Origin: Geosiphon pyriformis uo1
Lineage: Eukaryota; Fungi; Glomeromycota
Assembly: GCA_016748015.1 (NCBI GenBank)
Contig: JAAOMT010000710.1
Coordinates: 496,001-560,000 of the forward strand
Length of the DNA: 64,000 nucleotides
Direction of reading: 5' to 3'
A program made the position numbers and the translations under genes. Positions 24,001 through 41,700 of the stretch are shown piece by piece. The notes below the pieces were generated by a model. That model was not told the origin of the DNA. It was given only the letters and a program-made list of their open reading frames with translations, and made no database searches. Position 1 is the stretch's first letter; the number at the start of each line of letters is the position of its first letter.

Positions 24001-27000
24001 GCTGGTTTCTAAATTGGTCAAGGCTTTGCATTCAGTCTCTGGTGATGACTTTGCTTCTTTGCTGGAGGTGTAGAACAGGCTTGATTCCACTAGTGCTTTT
24101 GCAGTAAGGTCTTTTTTTCTCTCAGGTTCAAATTTTGGTCTTATTTGTTCTGCACTTGCCAAAGCAAGAAAATTGTATCGCTCTTTCAAGTTGTTGGAAT
24201 CCAAGCATGTTGAAGAGTCCTTTATCAAGCAGGCTATTAATAAAAGAATAGAGAATTTTGAGTTGGACAAAGGCCACACCATCAGAAGTGTTTTGGAGCA
24301 TCCTTTCCGCAAGGTGGTCTTGGATTATCTGGTTATGAGAGATGAGTTGATTTTGGAGCCTGAATTGGTTAAGTCTAAAATGAATGAGATCATGGAAGGG
24401 TGGACCAGGAAGTGCAGGGTGATATCTAATATCTCTAATGATTGGGCCTGCCAATACTAGCCTTTAGACTATGTGTATAATAGTGTATTCTCTGATGTTA
24501 TATGTTTAATTAGTTTTAATGAGATGTCTGCTATTGTCAATAATCTTCCTGATGAAAAGACTACTGGCCTTTCTGGTATCTTTAATAAATTGTGGAAGCA
24601 TTGTAACAAGTCAGTTTTGGATATGCTTCTAGTGCTTTTGAACTGTTGCTTGGTCAATGAATTGATTCCTGGACCTTGGAGAGATGTTTGGGTCTCAATG
24701 ATTCCGAAACCTTATGAATGGGAGGGAGTTCTCACAAACACCTGTCTTATTGCTTTGATTGAGACAGCCCACAAGATCCTTTCCAAGATTCTTTTGGATA
24801 AGATCTCTTCAGCTTGCAGCATGTTTGATGTTCTTTGTGGAGACAATTTTTTTATTCTAAAAGGGATGACGACACAGTCTCCTATTTTTGCCATTGGTTC
24901 TGTTGTTGAAGATGCCTTGGAAAAGAACTGAAAGCTTTGGCTGGTTTTACAAAACATGTGCAAGGCTTATGACTTAGTTGGTTGGGAACATTTCAGAAGG
25001 AGTCTGGTTAGAATTAAGATATGTGACAAGTTTATAAGGTTTTTTGGTAGCATTTACAATAGTTGTGTTAATAGAGTGATGACAGATTTCAGCTTGACTG
25101 ATGGGTATCATGTTCATAATGGATTGGATCAAGGGGAAGTCTTCTCATCTCTTCTTTGACACATATTTTATAATTCACTTTTGTGCGAAGTCAAGAGACA
25201 AGAGAATGTGTATGGTTACAGAGTGAATTTCCACTTTATTTCCAAAACTGGCCAGGTGAATCCTCAGGTGAGAATGATGTTATTTCTTGCTGCTGGTGCT
25301 TTTGTCAATGATACAATTTGGGTTGGTAGCAGCCAGACTGCTATACAACACATCCTTGATGTTGCCAGTGAATTTTTCAGGTTTAATGATATTTTGATAA
25401 ATAACAACAAGATAGTGGCTATCCTTATTAACTGTCAGGTTGTGAGTTCTTGTCTAACTATTAGTGATGCACCTATTTCTATTGCCAAAAAGGGGGAGTC
25501 TCATCATTATCTGGGTATTTTTTTGTTCTCTGAGAGTCTTTCGAAGTTTAGCTTGGCTAAGGCTCAGTCTAATATGCAGTTTTTTGTGAATCTGGTTTTG
25601 AGGAAGACTATATCAGACAAACAGTGCATGTATTTGGTATCTATGGTCCTCTTTTCTATTATCGGCTACAGAACCCAGTTCAGTTTTGTTCCTATTAGTG
25701 TTTGTAATAAGTGGAACACTCTGGTATGCAAGATTTTAAAGTCTAAGTTTGGGCTGCCATGTGATTTTCCCAATGATGTACTTTATCATCTCTTTTTGTA
25801 CAGTTTAAAGACTTTTGAACAGATTCAGGCTGAGGGCAAATCTGCTTCCATTGTTGTTTTTGTGAATTTTACTGGTGTTTTGGGTCACTTGTTTTCTCAT
25901 AGGTCTTATGATTTTTAGGTTCTCAGTTGGCATTCTCATCATCCTTTGCTGTTTCCAGCTTATGTTGGTGTCAGTCCCTCTAATAATTTTTTGGCTGGTG
26001 TGGTTCGTATTTTTTCTGGGTATGATTTGTTTTTGGGTGGCTTTCTAGCTTGTGCTTTTTGCTGTCGGATTGGTACTCCTATGTCTCTGATTCTTGGTGA
26101 ACTCCATTTTTTCAAGTGTGTCTCTTCACTCAGACAATATGGAATTGCTTTTGTGGAACAGCTTTACAACCATAAAAGTAATGTCTTTAGTTGGGGTACC
26201 TTCAAGTGTTGGAAAAGGCTGGACCCTCGTGGTCCAGTCTTCTTTTGATTTGATTTCTCTATTTGCTTTCTTGGTGGTGGTTTTCATCTTTTTATTTGTT
26301 CTTCTTTGGTGGATAGATGTGTTGATTCTGATGTTCATTAATCTCATGATTTTGGTGTGGTTTGTAATACTCTGCTGACTATTAATGCCTCCTGCCTTTT
26401 TGTTTATATGGATGGGTCTCTGTGTGATCTGGGCACTGTTGACATGAAGGCTGGCACCACCATTTTTTTTGAAAACATTAACTTGGGTTTGGGTGTGGTG
26501 GTATTTGGTTTGGTTTCTTTTACTTTGATGGAATTGCAAGCCATTGCTTTGGCTTTTGAGTGTGTGTCTTCTTTTTATTTGGTTGACTTGTTTTCAGACA
26601 GTCAAGCCACTTTGGATGCATGCAGGTCAGAGTCTCTGCTAGTTTGTCTGGATTTTAGAAACCATTGTTGAATTAAGCATCACCACATTGCTAATATTAT
26701 TTGCCATAAGAATTTAGATGTGAATTGGTATAAGGTTAAGAGTCATTCAGACATCTCAGACAATAAGCATACTAATGTACTTGCCAAAGATGCTGCTTTT
26801 TCTGCTTGGCACTTGTCTCACTTGGTTAGTAAACATTTTCTGAGCACTGGTAGTACTGCGGTTTCTGGTAACTCTAAACACTTTGTGCATGATGTTTTCC
26901 ATTCTGTTTATCATGTTTAATAAGAGGTTGGGTCTAGTTTTCAAGTCATAGTAGATAGTTTGTGTACTAATATTAATTGGTCCAAGTCCTCTCTGGTTTG

Positions 27001-27820
27001 GCACTCTGATTCTCACTTGGCTGCTGGTTTTACTAGTGTGTGTATGGCTGATTGTTGGACATACTTTATGAAGGCTCTCCATCATTGGCTTCTAGTTGCT
27101 GTTCGCAAGCATTTGTATAATAGGAGTTACTCCAATGTAGTATGTTTGTACTGTGGTGATGTTGAGGTCTCAGACCATATCTTTTCTTGTCCTTATAATG
27201 CTGCTGATCATGCTCAGTTGTTAGACACTTATGCTTTAGCTTGGGAGGCTCTCTCTGGTTTGTTTCAATCCTCTTCATGTGTTTCACAGTTATTGACTTC
27301 TTGTATCTCCAAGATTGGAGTTGGCATTGCTCTGTGTAAAGACTTTGTTTTTAATAATTGGTATCATGAGTCTGTTTTGGTTTTTAAAGATTTTAAGATT
27401 GGAACTAAAAAGGTTGTGGACTTTGTGCATGACTTTTGCCTTATATTTCAGGATAATATCTGGTTGGTCCGCACCAAATACCAGGCCTTTATGGAGAAAT
27501 ATGGTCTGATCTCTCATGACAGCTTCATTCCAGCATTAATTTCTGGTTTACCTATGGCATTCTCAGCTAGTGTTGTGAGATTGCTGGATATGGCTGAAGC
27601 TTTTGGAGTTGGTTTCGGGTTTCGTAAGTTTTGTTTATTTTTCTCAAGTGTTGGGGATTTGGTCTCTGTACATATAGGTGTATAGTATTGTCTTGGCTAG
27701 TCTGAGTAGCTGGTCACATGTAGAAAGTGCATGATTTGCTTCTAGTTTAGATTATTGGTATAATGTATAACACTAGGTTGTGTTTAGATCTCACTCATTA
27801 ATTAATAATAATAATAATAA
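21061..27820 (+). mobile_element. Second full-length LINE copy, more decayed, with an (AAT)n tail
   Basis: Same 5' end and domain order. ORF1 about 21201-22997, ORF2 22997-27685, with many stops consistent with mutated TGG/CAG/CGA codons. 3' UTR about 27686-27800. Confidence 0.93.
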
Positions 27821-29290
27821 ATTTTTATTTATTTAATATGTTTAATTTTATTCAATTTGCTAACATTAAAAGTGGTTTGCTTAATGTTAATTTAAATATT
27901 ATTAATATTTATACTAATAGTTTTTTAAAGAGTTTGGACTCTTTTAAAATAAAAAATAGTGTTACTATATTTTTTGTTAATTTGAATATGATTATAAATA
28001 TTAAAATTTAAGATTTAATTTTTTTATATTAATTAAATTGTAAACTATTGTTTTAGTCTTAAAATACATTTTTGTATTTAGTTTTGTTGTAATAAATTTA
28101 GATAATTAAACTGTTTTAAATATGTATTTATTTAAATTAAATCAAATATTGTCTAATTTCCACAATTGTTATTAATTAAAAAAATATCATATTAAAAATA
28201 TTGTTAATAATAAAAATATTTATATTACTTAATCAAAAGTTAAAAACTATTTAAACAATTTTAATAATAATAAAACAAATAAATTAATTCATGTTGTTTT
28301 TTTTCTGATATAATATTGCTTATTTAAGTTTATAAAAATACATTAATACTAAAAATTTGGCTGTTTTTGAAAATACATAATATTTTATTTATAATTTTTT
28401 CAAAGTTATTAATTATGCTTATTGAGAAATTAAGTTTAAAATTAGGATTATTAATAAATATTTATTTGAAAATATTAATTAAATTAAGTTTTTTCAGTTT
28501 AGTATTTTAATTTACATATAACTTTTAGTTATAGAAGTAAACTTATAATTGATTTATTCTTTTATTTTATAAAAGCTTTAAATTATTAATTGTTTATTGT
28601 AATTTAAAAGTATTTATATAATAAGAAATATTTTAATATTTGTTATATTTATTGTAACAAGTTGAATTTTTTAATCATTTTTTTTATGTAAAATAAATTT
28701 CAATATTTGTAAATAATTGTTATTATCATATTTTTTCTTGTAAAAATTTATATTAAATTTATGTTAGTTATTTTTTTTTGTATTTTAATTGCTTTATTTA
28801 TGTTTATTTAATAATATATTATATATTATTTTGAATAAAAGTTTTGTTTTTAAAGATTAATATTTAAAATTTTTTTTTGTTTTTGAAAATACTGAAATTA
28901 TTGTTAATAAAGTTGTAAACTTTGTGTATAGTTTAAAAACAACCTATTGTAATAAAACTTAATTAGTTTACATTAAATATAAAATAGTTATAAAGAAAAA
29001 TTGCTTAATATTTAGTAATAGTTTAGTTTCTTCTTTTAGCTTTTTATTAATATGGTAAAAATGCTTAAAATTGTTAAAAATTTTGGTGTTTGTTTCAGTT
29101 TATGCAAGTTGTGTTTGTATTTTTTGGTATTAATAATAAAATCTTAAATATAAAAAATTTGTAATATTGTTCTAATTAGTTTAAATGACTGGTTATATAT
29201 AAAAAATACATAATTTATATCTAGTTTAGATTATTTAATTTAATGTATTGTACTAGATAATATTTAAATCTTACTTATAAGATAAAATAA
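27820..29290 (+). mobile_element. Right half of the old LINE relic (RNase H to 3' UTR)
   Basis: TATACTAATAGT (YTDGS remnant), TATTTTATAAAAGCTTTA (YFMKAL), and a 3' UTR remnant at 29160-29280 (TCTAGTTTAGATTATTT). Confidence 0.75.
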
Positions 29291-29431
29291 AATAAAATAA
29301 AATAATAATTCAATAAATTAATTAATTAAAATTCTATTTAAAAATATAATTTGTTTTGCTTTTAAAATTAGTAAAAATTAATATATTAAGCAATTTAATT
29401 ATGTCTTAATTCAAACTAATTTTAAGAAATA

Positions 29432-29432
<1 letters not shown>

Positions 29433-29474
<42 letters not shown>
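29433..29474. repeat. (ATT)n microsatellite
   Basis: Read directly from the sequence. Confidence 0.95.
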
Positions 29475-30307
29475 TAAAATAAAAAAACTGTTGTTTATAA
29501 CTAAAAAAACCAAAAAAAATCAATTTTTTTAACATGGAAAAGAAAAAATAAAATCAAAAACCAATAACTTAACTATAATTTGTGAATCAAAGTCTTAAAG
29601 CTTTTAACAGTAATATTAATAAAACCACATTAAAAAAACTTTATATAACTTAATAAATATTTACCTAAAAATTTATTTTAAACAATTTATAAAAATTGAC
29701 AAAAAAATAAGTAACAATAAAACTTATATATATTTAACAATTTGTTTTTATTAAATGATTCAAAATTTTAAATACTATAAAAGGATTAGTAAAAAAATTT
29801 ATTCTTTGCGACTTCTTGAAAAAGTGAGTTTTCTCACATCCGCTATTTTAGCACAACCAATCAAAAGTCTATGAATATAAGCATGAATAAAATAAACTTA
29901 CCTTCTAACTAGCTTTCCTGTAATGAGTATGAATTTTGCTAAAAATCTTGAATATTAATATAGTTGCGATTAAATCACAAGAGCAGCCTTTGGGAGGCTG
30001 TAAATTGTTGAGTTTTATCCGGGGTACAACCGTTTTAAGCTTGTCCTCGATTGAAAACGCGTCCGGATTTGGAATCAGATTGACAAAAAAAATGGTCAAC
30101 CAGATGACATCTCAAAAATGAAAAGATTTATTAGGAAATAAACTACCACCTTTATTATAAACTGCAGAAGGTTTCCTCGAAAACGGAATGATATACAAAA
30201 GTCGTCTAAAACAGGTAGCAGCAAACGAGCATGCACAATATAAAAGAGAAAGGGAGAAATAACGCCAAGCAAGTGATGATAAAATTGAAATAAATGTTCT
30301 AATTGAA

Positions 30308-34706
<4,399 letters not shown>

Positions 34707-35230
34707 TTTTGTAAAATTAAAGTCACTATTTGATGAAAAATTAGGCGAGTGCTCAAAATTCAAAGAGTTTAAAGACTTCGGATTCCTTGATGGGAGCGAT
34801 AGATGATATGACGTATTATGATATTATTTTTTATATTAAGTCACATTTATAAAAAAAAAATTAATTAATTATTAATCAAGAAAATAAATAAATAAATTAG
34901 AATTATTTAAAATTTTTGATATATAAAATATTATTAATATGATAAGAATAATTTGTTATTTACAAAAAAAGATTGAGAAAGATTTTATTTTGTAAAATTT
35001 TCACAAAAATAAGTTATTAAATTAATATGATTGTAATAAAATAAAATAATTTGTAAAAAATTTATAAAAAATTTTACAAGATAAAATTATGTTATTTTGT
35101 TTTTTTTAAAACGTTGAAAATTGTTGTTTTTATCAATTAATCTGTTTTTTAATATTAAATATTAAAATTTTGAAAATATGAATAATTAATTTAATAACAT
35201 TTTTTTTTGCAAAAGATTCAATTTGAAAAT

Positions 35231-35231
<1 letters not shown>

Positions 35232-35286
<55 letters not shown>

Positions 35287-35305
35287 TATTATTATTATTA
35301 TTATT
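35232..35305. repeat. (TAA)n directly abutting (TTA)n: an inverted microsatellite
   Basis: Symmetry centre at 35285/35286, with perfect arms of about 20 nt. Confidence 0.9.
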
Positions 35306-36193
35306 TGGTAATTGATTTCATGTAACTTGTAAAAATATAAATTCAAATAAACAACAACTATTTCGGTTTTCAAATAACAAAATAGATCATGAATTCTTGA
35401 ATTTAAATTTTATCCAGCTACAATTTATCAAAATAAAGTTAAAAATAGATACCAGTCTGTTTAATTCAAATATATAATAAGAATACTATTACGAAATTTA
35501 TACTTCATTCATTTATTGAAAAAAGAATGAGCAAAATTTGGATTTAAATCTTTTTTCATTTCTTTTCATAAAAAAATCATTTATATATTAATAACTTAAT
35601 TTCTTTTCAAAATTGAATCTTCTTTGATTATATAACAAGGATTTTTAAAAATAAAATAAAATATAATTTGAAAATCAGGTTCTCATTTATCATCATCTTG
35701 ATTATTTACTTTGGTAATAGAGTTCAGGTTTTAAACATAAAGCTAAATTGTTTTGGTAATTATTGAAAAAGTTGTAAAAGTATGATTGAAAAGGTTTATC
35801 TATTAGGTTTTAGAATGTTGTGCGAAAAATATAAATGATGTCAAGTATTAAAAATTAGAATAAAAATATTACTTTCTAATTTAGAAAAAATTAAAAATTA
35901 ACATGGAAAAATTGGGAGTTCATGTAATATCTTAATAAGAATTCAAAAGAAATGAATGTGTAAATGGTTCTATACACTTTTTTTGTTAGAGAATATCATT
36001 TTTACTAAATACAAACAAGGGAAGAAAATAAGTCATTTTTGACAAAGAAAATTTTCTAGAATCCTGAATTAAATATCAAAAAATGAAGATTTTTTTGGTA
36101 AAATCAAATGTCAAGAAAAATTAATATAGATTGTAAAATTATGAAAAAAATTCCTTTTTAATATTTTATCCTCTTTAAAAGTCAAGTTTATGA

Positions 36194-36876
36194 TTATAAA
36201 CATTTCCAGCTCTTGACATCCCTACTAATCCATCTAACCCTCTCACAAAACCCTGGATCAACCCATCCACGTTCTCTTGTCTCTGGATTAAAGCACAGCC
36301 ACCATTCTGCTCCTTCATCCGCCTCCACATACAACACGTATAAAATCCAATCAGCCTCAAAAGATAATTCTATTGGTTCGCGCGCCCTAAATTTGTGTAG
36401 GGTTCGGCAAAGAGAAGGGATTCTTTTGATACAATAAGGAGGCATAGTGTTTTGGGCGGAGAAATTTGATTCGGTAAAAGATGATGGTTCTTCATCATGA
36501 TCTGGTTCATTATGGATATTTCTTTAAAGCTTTAAATAATGAGAATTATTAAACTAATCCCCAAAAAAAACTTACATGATTTTTGCTGATTTATTAAAGA
36601 ATGAAATTCTATCATTACATTTTTTTGAAACACTGAAATTGTCGATCAGAAATAGAAGAATCTGGTTAAATAAATGAAAATTCAAAAATGAAAATCTCAA
36701 CACTCAAATTTCGTACCTTGAGGATTAACTATTTTCTTCGAATACCTTAAATATTCATTAGTATATTCACTTGGTTTTGGCGGTAACTCATCGATTTTAT
36801 GGTAAGAAGATTCTTCAGATTTATTGACTTTGTTTCGTCGCAGCAAATTTGAGAAATATCTTTTTAGGTTTTTCAT
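36194..36876 (-). CDS. Small SH3-domain protein, paralogous to the neighbouring RhoGEF SH3; exon structure uncertain
   Basis: Last exon 36521-36194 encodes ELSFEAD...WWLCFNPETRERGWVDPGFCER. The first exon starts at ATG 36876. The middle-exon phase works only with a GTTAAT donor or with exon skipping. Confidence 0.6.
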
Positions 36877-36944
36877 TATGATAATGATGTGATGATGTTT
36901 AAAAAGAATTTCGGTAATTTGAGTTATATCACTGGTTCGGGTAA

Positions 36945-37003
36945 TAATGATGATAATGATGATGATGATGATGATGGTGATGATGATTACTAATAATAAT
37001 AAC

Positions 37004-37047
<44 letters not shown>
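36945..37047. repeat. Compound (GAT)n/(AAT)n microsatellite
   Basis: Read directly; it explains the poly-Ile and poly-His ORFs in the track. Confidence 0.9.
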
Positions 37048-38768
37048 GTCCAGTGGATTTGATTTCCAAAAATTTGTTTAAAATTTTAATCTTAAAAAAG
37101 TCAATATAGAGTCTCAAAGAATTAAATTCATTGAATTAGGAATCTTTATTTAAATTTTAGATTCAGAGACTATATTAAAAAACTGTTTTTTTGAAACCGA
37201 AATATCACTTACTAGAAAAGGGGAGGGAGGTTTTTTTTTTTACAGAAAAGAATGAATAAATGTCAAAGACTAGATATCAAATATAAACATATGATGAGTT
37301 CCATTCAGAGTCGCTTTTCCATTCTGGGTCTTTATAGTAAAAAAAGTTTTTTGAATAGTACATTATCTTTTTAAATATAATAATTTAAAATGATTTTTGA
37401 TATTAAAAATAAAAATAATAATGATATTGATAATGATAAATGCCACACCTTTGTCTTGATGATCAATTCTATGGAGCTAACCGAGGGCTGAAAAAAAAAA
37501 AAAAAAGTTCCAAAAACCTGTGAAATTAATTTTAAGCCCACCTTCTGCTTTAAGGATGTGGGCGTATTTTTTCAAATAAACAATTATCTTTCTTTTTTTT
37601 TGTTTGTATGATCTGCTATTTTTATTATTACCTATTTAGGTGATCAAATATCATAATTATTCCAGAGACACAAACCATTATAAATTAAAAAACCGATTTT
37701 TTTTCACTGATCTTTAATCCTTTAAATAATATGATTGGCCCTCAATTGAAACCTTGTACAAATAACAATAGGTTCGTTACCTTAAATATCATAGATGTAA
37801 CACCCACGTTTTTTGTTATTAGGGTTAACAGGGATTATGTTTAATTACCCATGTTTGAAATTCAAATAACTTTATTCTTCAAAAAACCTTTTTTAAAAAT
37901 AAAATGTTTGCAGAAAATTGAAAATTTTAATTTAACAAACCGTTTATTCATTTAATTTGATACTATCGATTTGCAATTGAATAAAAAAACACTTTTTTTT
38001 ATAAAAAAAAATTTACAATTAAAAACACATTACCAATAAATATTTATAATAAATACGGTTGGTTATTGAAATAATTTAAATTTTTGATGGAACACGTTAT
38101 TATGTTATTCAAATGGTTTTCTAATCCGAATCTATCTATTTTTTAGAATCTAACTTCAAAAAACTGCAATCGATAACAGGAATCAAAATAAAACGTACTC
38201 AATTGTGATCCCAATGATTCGCATTTTGATTATCTATAAAAAAAAAAAACAATAGAAAATCTCCTATAAAAAAAAAAATTTCATTTAAACGTAATTTTGG
38301 AGAAATTCTTGTTTCTCGGTGTATTAATTACAGCGATGATGATTATATTATCATATTATGTAGGTAGTTTTGTAAGGGGTCAATGAATGTTTGCTATAAA
38401 TTACAAAATATGTCGAATAAGGGGAAATAGTTTAAAAATTCACAAATAAAATGTACAAAGAAATTAAAGTAATAATCAACCACAAACATATAATGTATGA
38501 TCTTGACTAGGAACTTTTCAAATACCCCAAGTTTTTTTTAAATAGATTCAATAATACTGCTTTGTATACCCCCGATTCTTATAAAAGATACCCCAACAAA
38601 AAAATTCACTTTTTTCAATTTTATGGTCTCAAAGGAAATATTATAAAATTAAATTAAGGAAAGTGATAAATAAATTGAAGATGAGATCTATTATATCCCC
38701 ACAATAAACAAGAAAATATTTTTTAACCCAATTGTCCAACATATCCATAACCCATAAAATGCTTGGTC

Positions 38769-41700
38769 TCAATCTAACTTTTCACAAAAAGCCGGATCTA
38801 CCCATCCTCGTTTTCCTGTGTCAGCGTTCACACAATACCACCAACAGTTCTTGTCATCATCATGTATATGAATAACTTGTAATAGTCCATTTCTATCAAA
38901 TGATAATTCATGTGGATTTTTGGGTTTACATGAATACACTGCCGCACACATGAAAAGCACCCGACTATCTTCTTGGTTCTCCTCTCCAGTCAAACTATCG
39001 TGGAATACTTCGTCGTCATCTTCATCTTCATTGCCATTGCCATTGAACTCATAATCATGATCATATTCTACCGCAGTAGTTTGTGATTGAAGCCCAGATG
39101 TCAGTACACTATCAGTGGCATATTTTCTATGAGTACTTATTCGCTCAGGCTCATGATGGATTCTTCCATTTCCAAAATTAAATAAATCATCTCCATTCTC
39201 GTCAATGAATGGATAAGTACCATCTAGATTCCATGTATTTCGGATATCATCTGATAAGGAAGAATTCGAGTGATAAGACATTCGTTCTATTAAATATAAA
39301 TCATTAGATTGTTATTCAATATTCATAAATCTTAAAAAATCATTATAAACTCACGTGAATGGTTAAATCCATGCTCCTCATGCATTATGGCTCGTCGATT
39401 ATCTTGCGACGCTTAGTTAGGTCGGCCGATCATAAAATTTTGATTTTATTGAACTGTCATCTTCTGTTTTGAGATCAAAAATATAAAAACCATTTTACCT
39501 GAGCGATTTAATGTGCTTCCAGGATGTCGTGATGATTCCGATGATCCTAAAGAGTAGGGTTCTGAAACACTCGAACTTCTGCCTCGACTCTTTCCTGTCG
39601 GACCAATATCTGGACTCGGAAACACTATTAATAACAAAGTCACCAGCGTAATAAGTTATCGGTTCAATTTTTAAAACAACATCGAAATTTTATATTAACA
39701 TTTACTAACCTCCTCCATTCCTCATTATAGTGAAAGAGCTCATATGATCATCAATTTTCAAAATAGCATCTGTATATTCCGTCGGAATGTCAAATTCTCT
39801 GAGAACCAAGTGCCGATCATCAGATATGTACTCTAATCCTTCTGGATCAATGAATTTGTAAAAGAATTGATTGAATTCCATTGTCATCTGATGATAAAAT
39901 TTGGTTTGTATTGCTGAGAATTCACTAAGTATGGCGTCAAAAAATCGGGTCATAAGTTCAAAAAATAGAGGTAGTTCTTCTTGGAGTTGATCACGTATTG
40001 ATTCGAAAGCATCGGCTGATTGCTGAAGCGTTTTGTCAGGCTATAAAAGTATTTGCTTCAAAAGGTAAATAATCGAATTTGGAACTCGGTCTTCGTGGTT
40101 GAAAAGCATATTCAATTCAAAAGACTCACTGTGTCACCACGAGCTTTTATTGCTCTGGCGCGATCATAATCGAGAATTTTACGATCACGTTTGCGCATCA
40201 CAGCCGCCGGGGCTTCGAATCGTTCCATGAATAACCCAATTCTTGGATACAAGTTATCCTTTAATGCTTCTTCCATTTCTTTTCTGCATGTCGCAAGGTT
40301 TTCCATAATCCTGCGATATTCAACCGATCGATGATCTTGAAATTTTTTATCATCCATTAAATAAAATTCAACAATTGATCCAGCAAGTCTTTCTTGGTCT
40401 TCGAGAAATTCTTCGAACATGGTGATTTTTATTTTTTAAGATTAAAAAAATGTTAAAGGAATAAAAAATAACATATAAATGAACATACTTTTAACTTCTT
40501 TGACCCAATCTCGAATCACTTTCAACAATTGCTGGCCATTTTGTTCCCATTTCTTAAACTTTCTCACATAAGCATCGTAAAACTGATCTTCGGTAGCTTT
40601 GGTGATCCCAGTGGCTTGTTTTATCTAGAGAAATTTAGTCGGGTCGTTAGAATAACATCAAATTTATACGAGCTAAGTTGACGATACATACTGTCATGGC
40701 ACGTCGTGTGAATGATTTTGTTATGCCATGTCTAAATAAAAGATATCAAAATTTTGGATCAATAGTGTAAAAGAAGAAAAAACATCAGAGGAAGCGCCAG
40801 CAATATATTGCTTACACAATCTGTCGGGTAGAAATGGAAAAAAAGCAATTATCAAGAAATTTTATGGTTAGTTCTAATGTATTAAAAAAACTCATTTTGT
40901 CAGCCCTAATTTAAAAACTTACATCTGCATCCGTCTTTTTCTTACGTCCGACAATTTTTTCTACAATATCTTTTCGCCTTTTTATTTCATTAATTCTTTC
41001 GGCAACAGTGGTTATTTTAACTACAGCAATTTTGAGGTTCTCAAAGTCAGGATGAGTGGGTTTCGTCAAGGTATATATTTGCTAATAGATGGAAAATTCA
41101 TTTTAATTAAGTCGATCTAATAAATTAAGTAAAATAATTAAATACATACATGCAATAACAACGGATATTTCAAAACTCGTTGCACTGGCTTGATCAATAA
41201 GCTTGCTATATCCCAACTTTTAGTTTGTCCTTCACACATTTCTTTGCATTTCTTGAGCAATGATCGAAATTTAATTCACAGGATTCGTAATTCCAATTTA
41301 ATATATTTTGATTAATAATATTGAATCAATGTCAAAAAACAGATTTATAGATAAGAATAAATACCTGCAAAAAGCTTTGGACATCCTCGTTAATTTCAAA
41401 TTCTTGAAGTTTCGCTACAGAAGCTTCGCGCCGTTTACAATATTCCCCATATATACTCTCCATACGGTTACCATTATCTGGAGTTTTCGTGTTATCTAAC
41501 TGTAGATTCAAAATAATCATATCGTATATTAAAAGTGTTAACTAATTTTGCTGATTTGCCTCCTAGATATTGAGCCTACTATCGAAACAAAACTCCATGA
41601 TAATTGTATCCATTACCATTAATAAAAATGCTTCTCCTATGGAAGTTTGATCATTTTCGTCTATCAAGTGTTTTTCAACATCATATACATCACCTCCGTC

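Noticed and set aside
13055-27517. Numerous antisense ORFs within the LINE copies
   Set aside because: They are shadows of the skewed sense-strand codon usage and are not conserved as ORFs between copies.
36929-37117. Poly-Ile/poly-His ORFs
   Set aside because: They are translations of (AAT)n and (GAT)n microsatellites.
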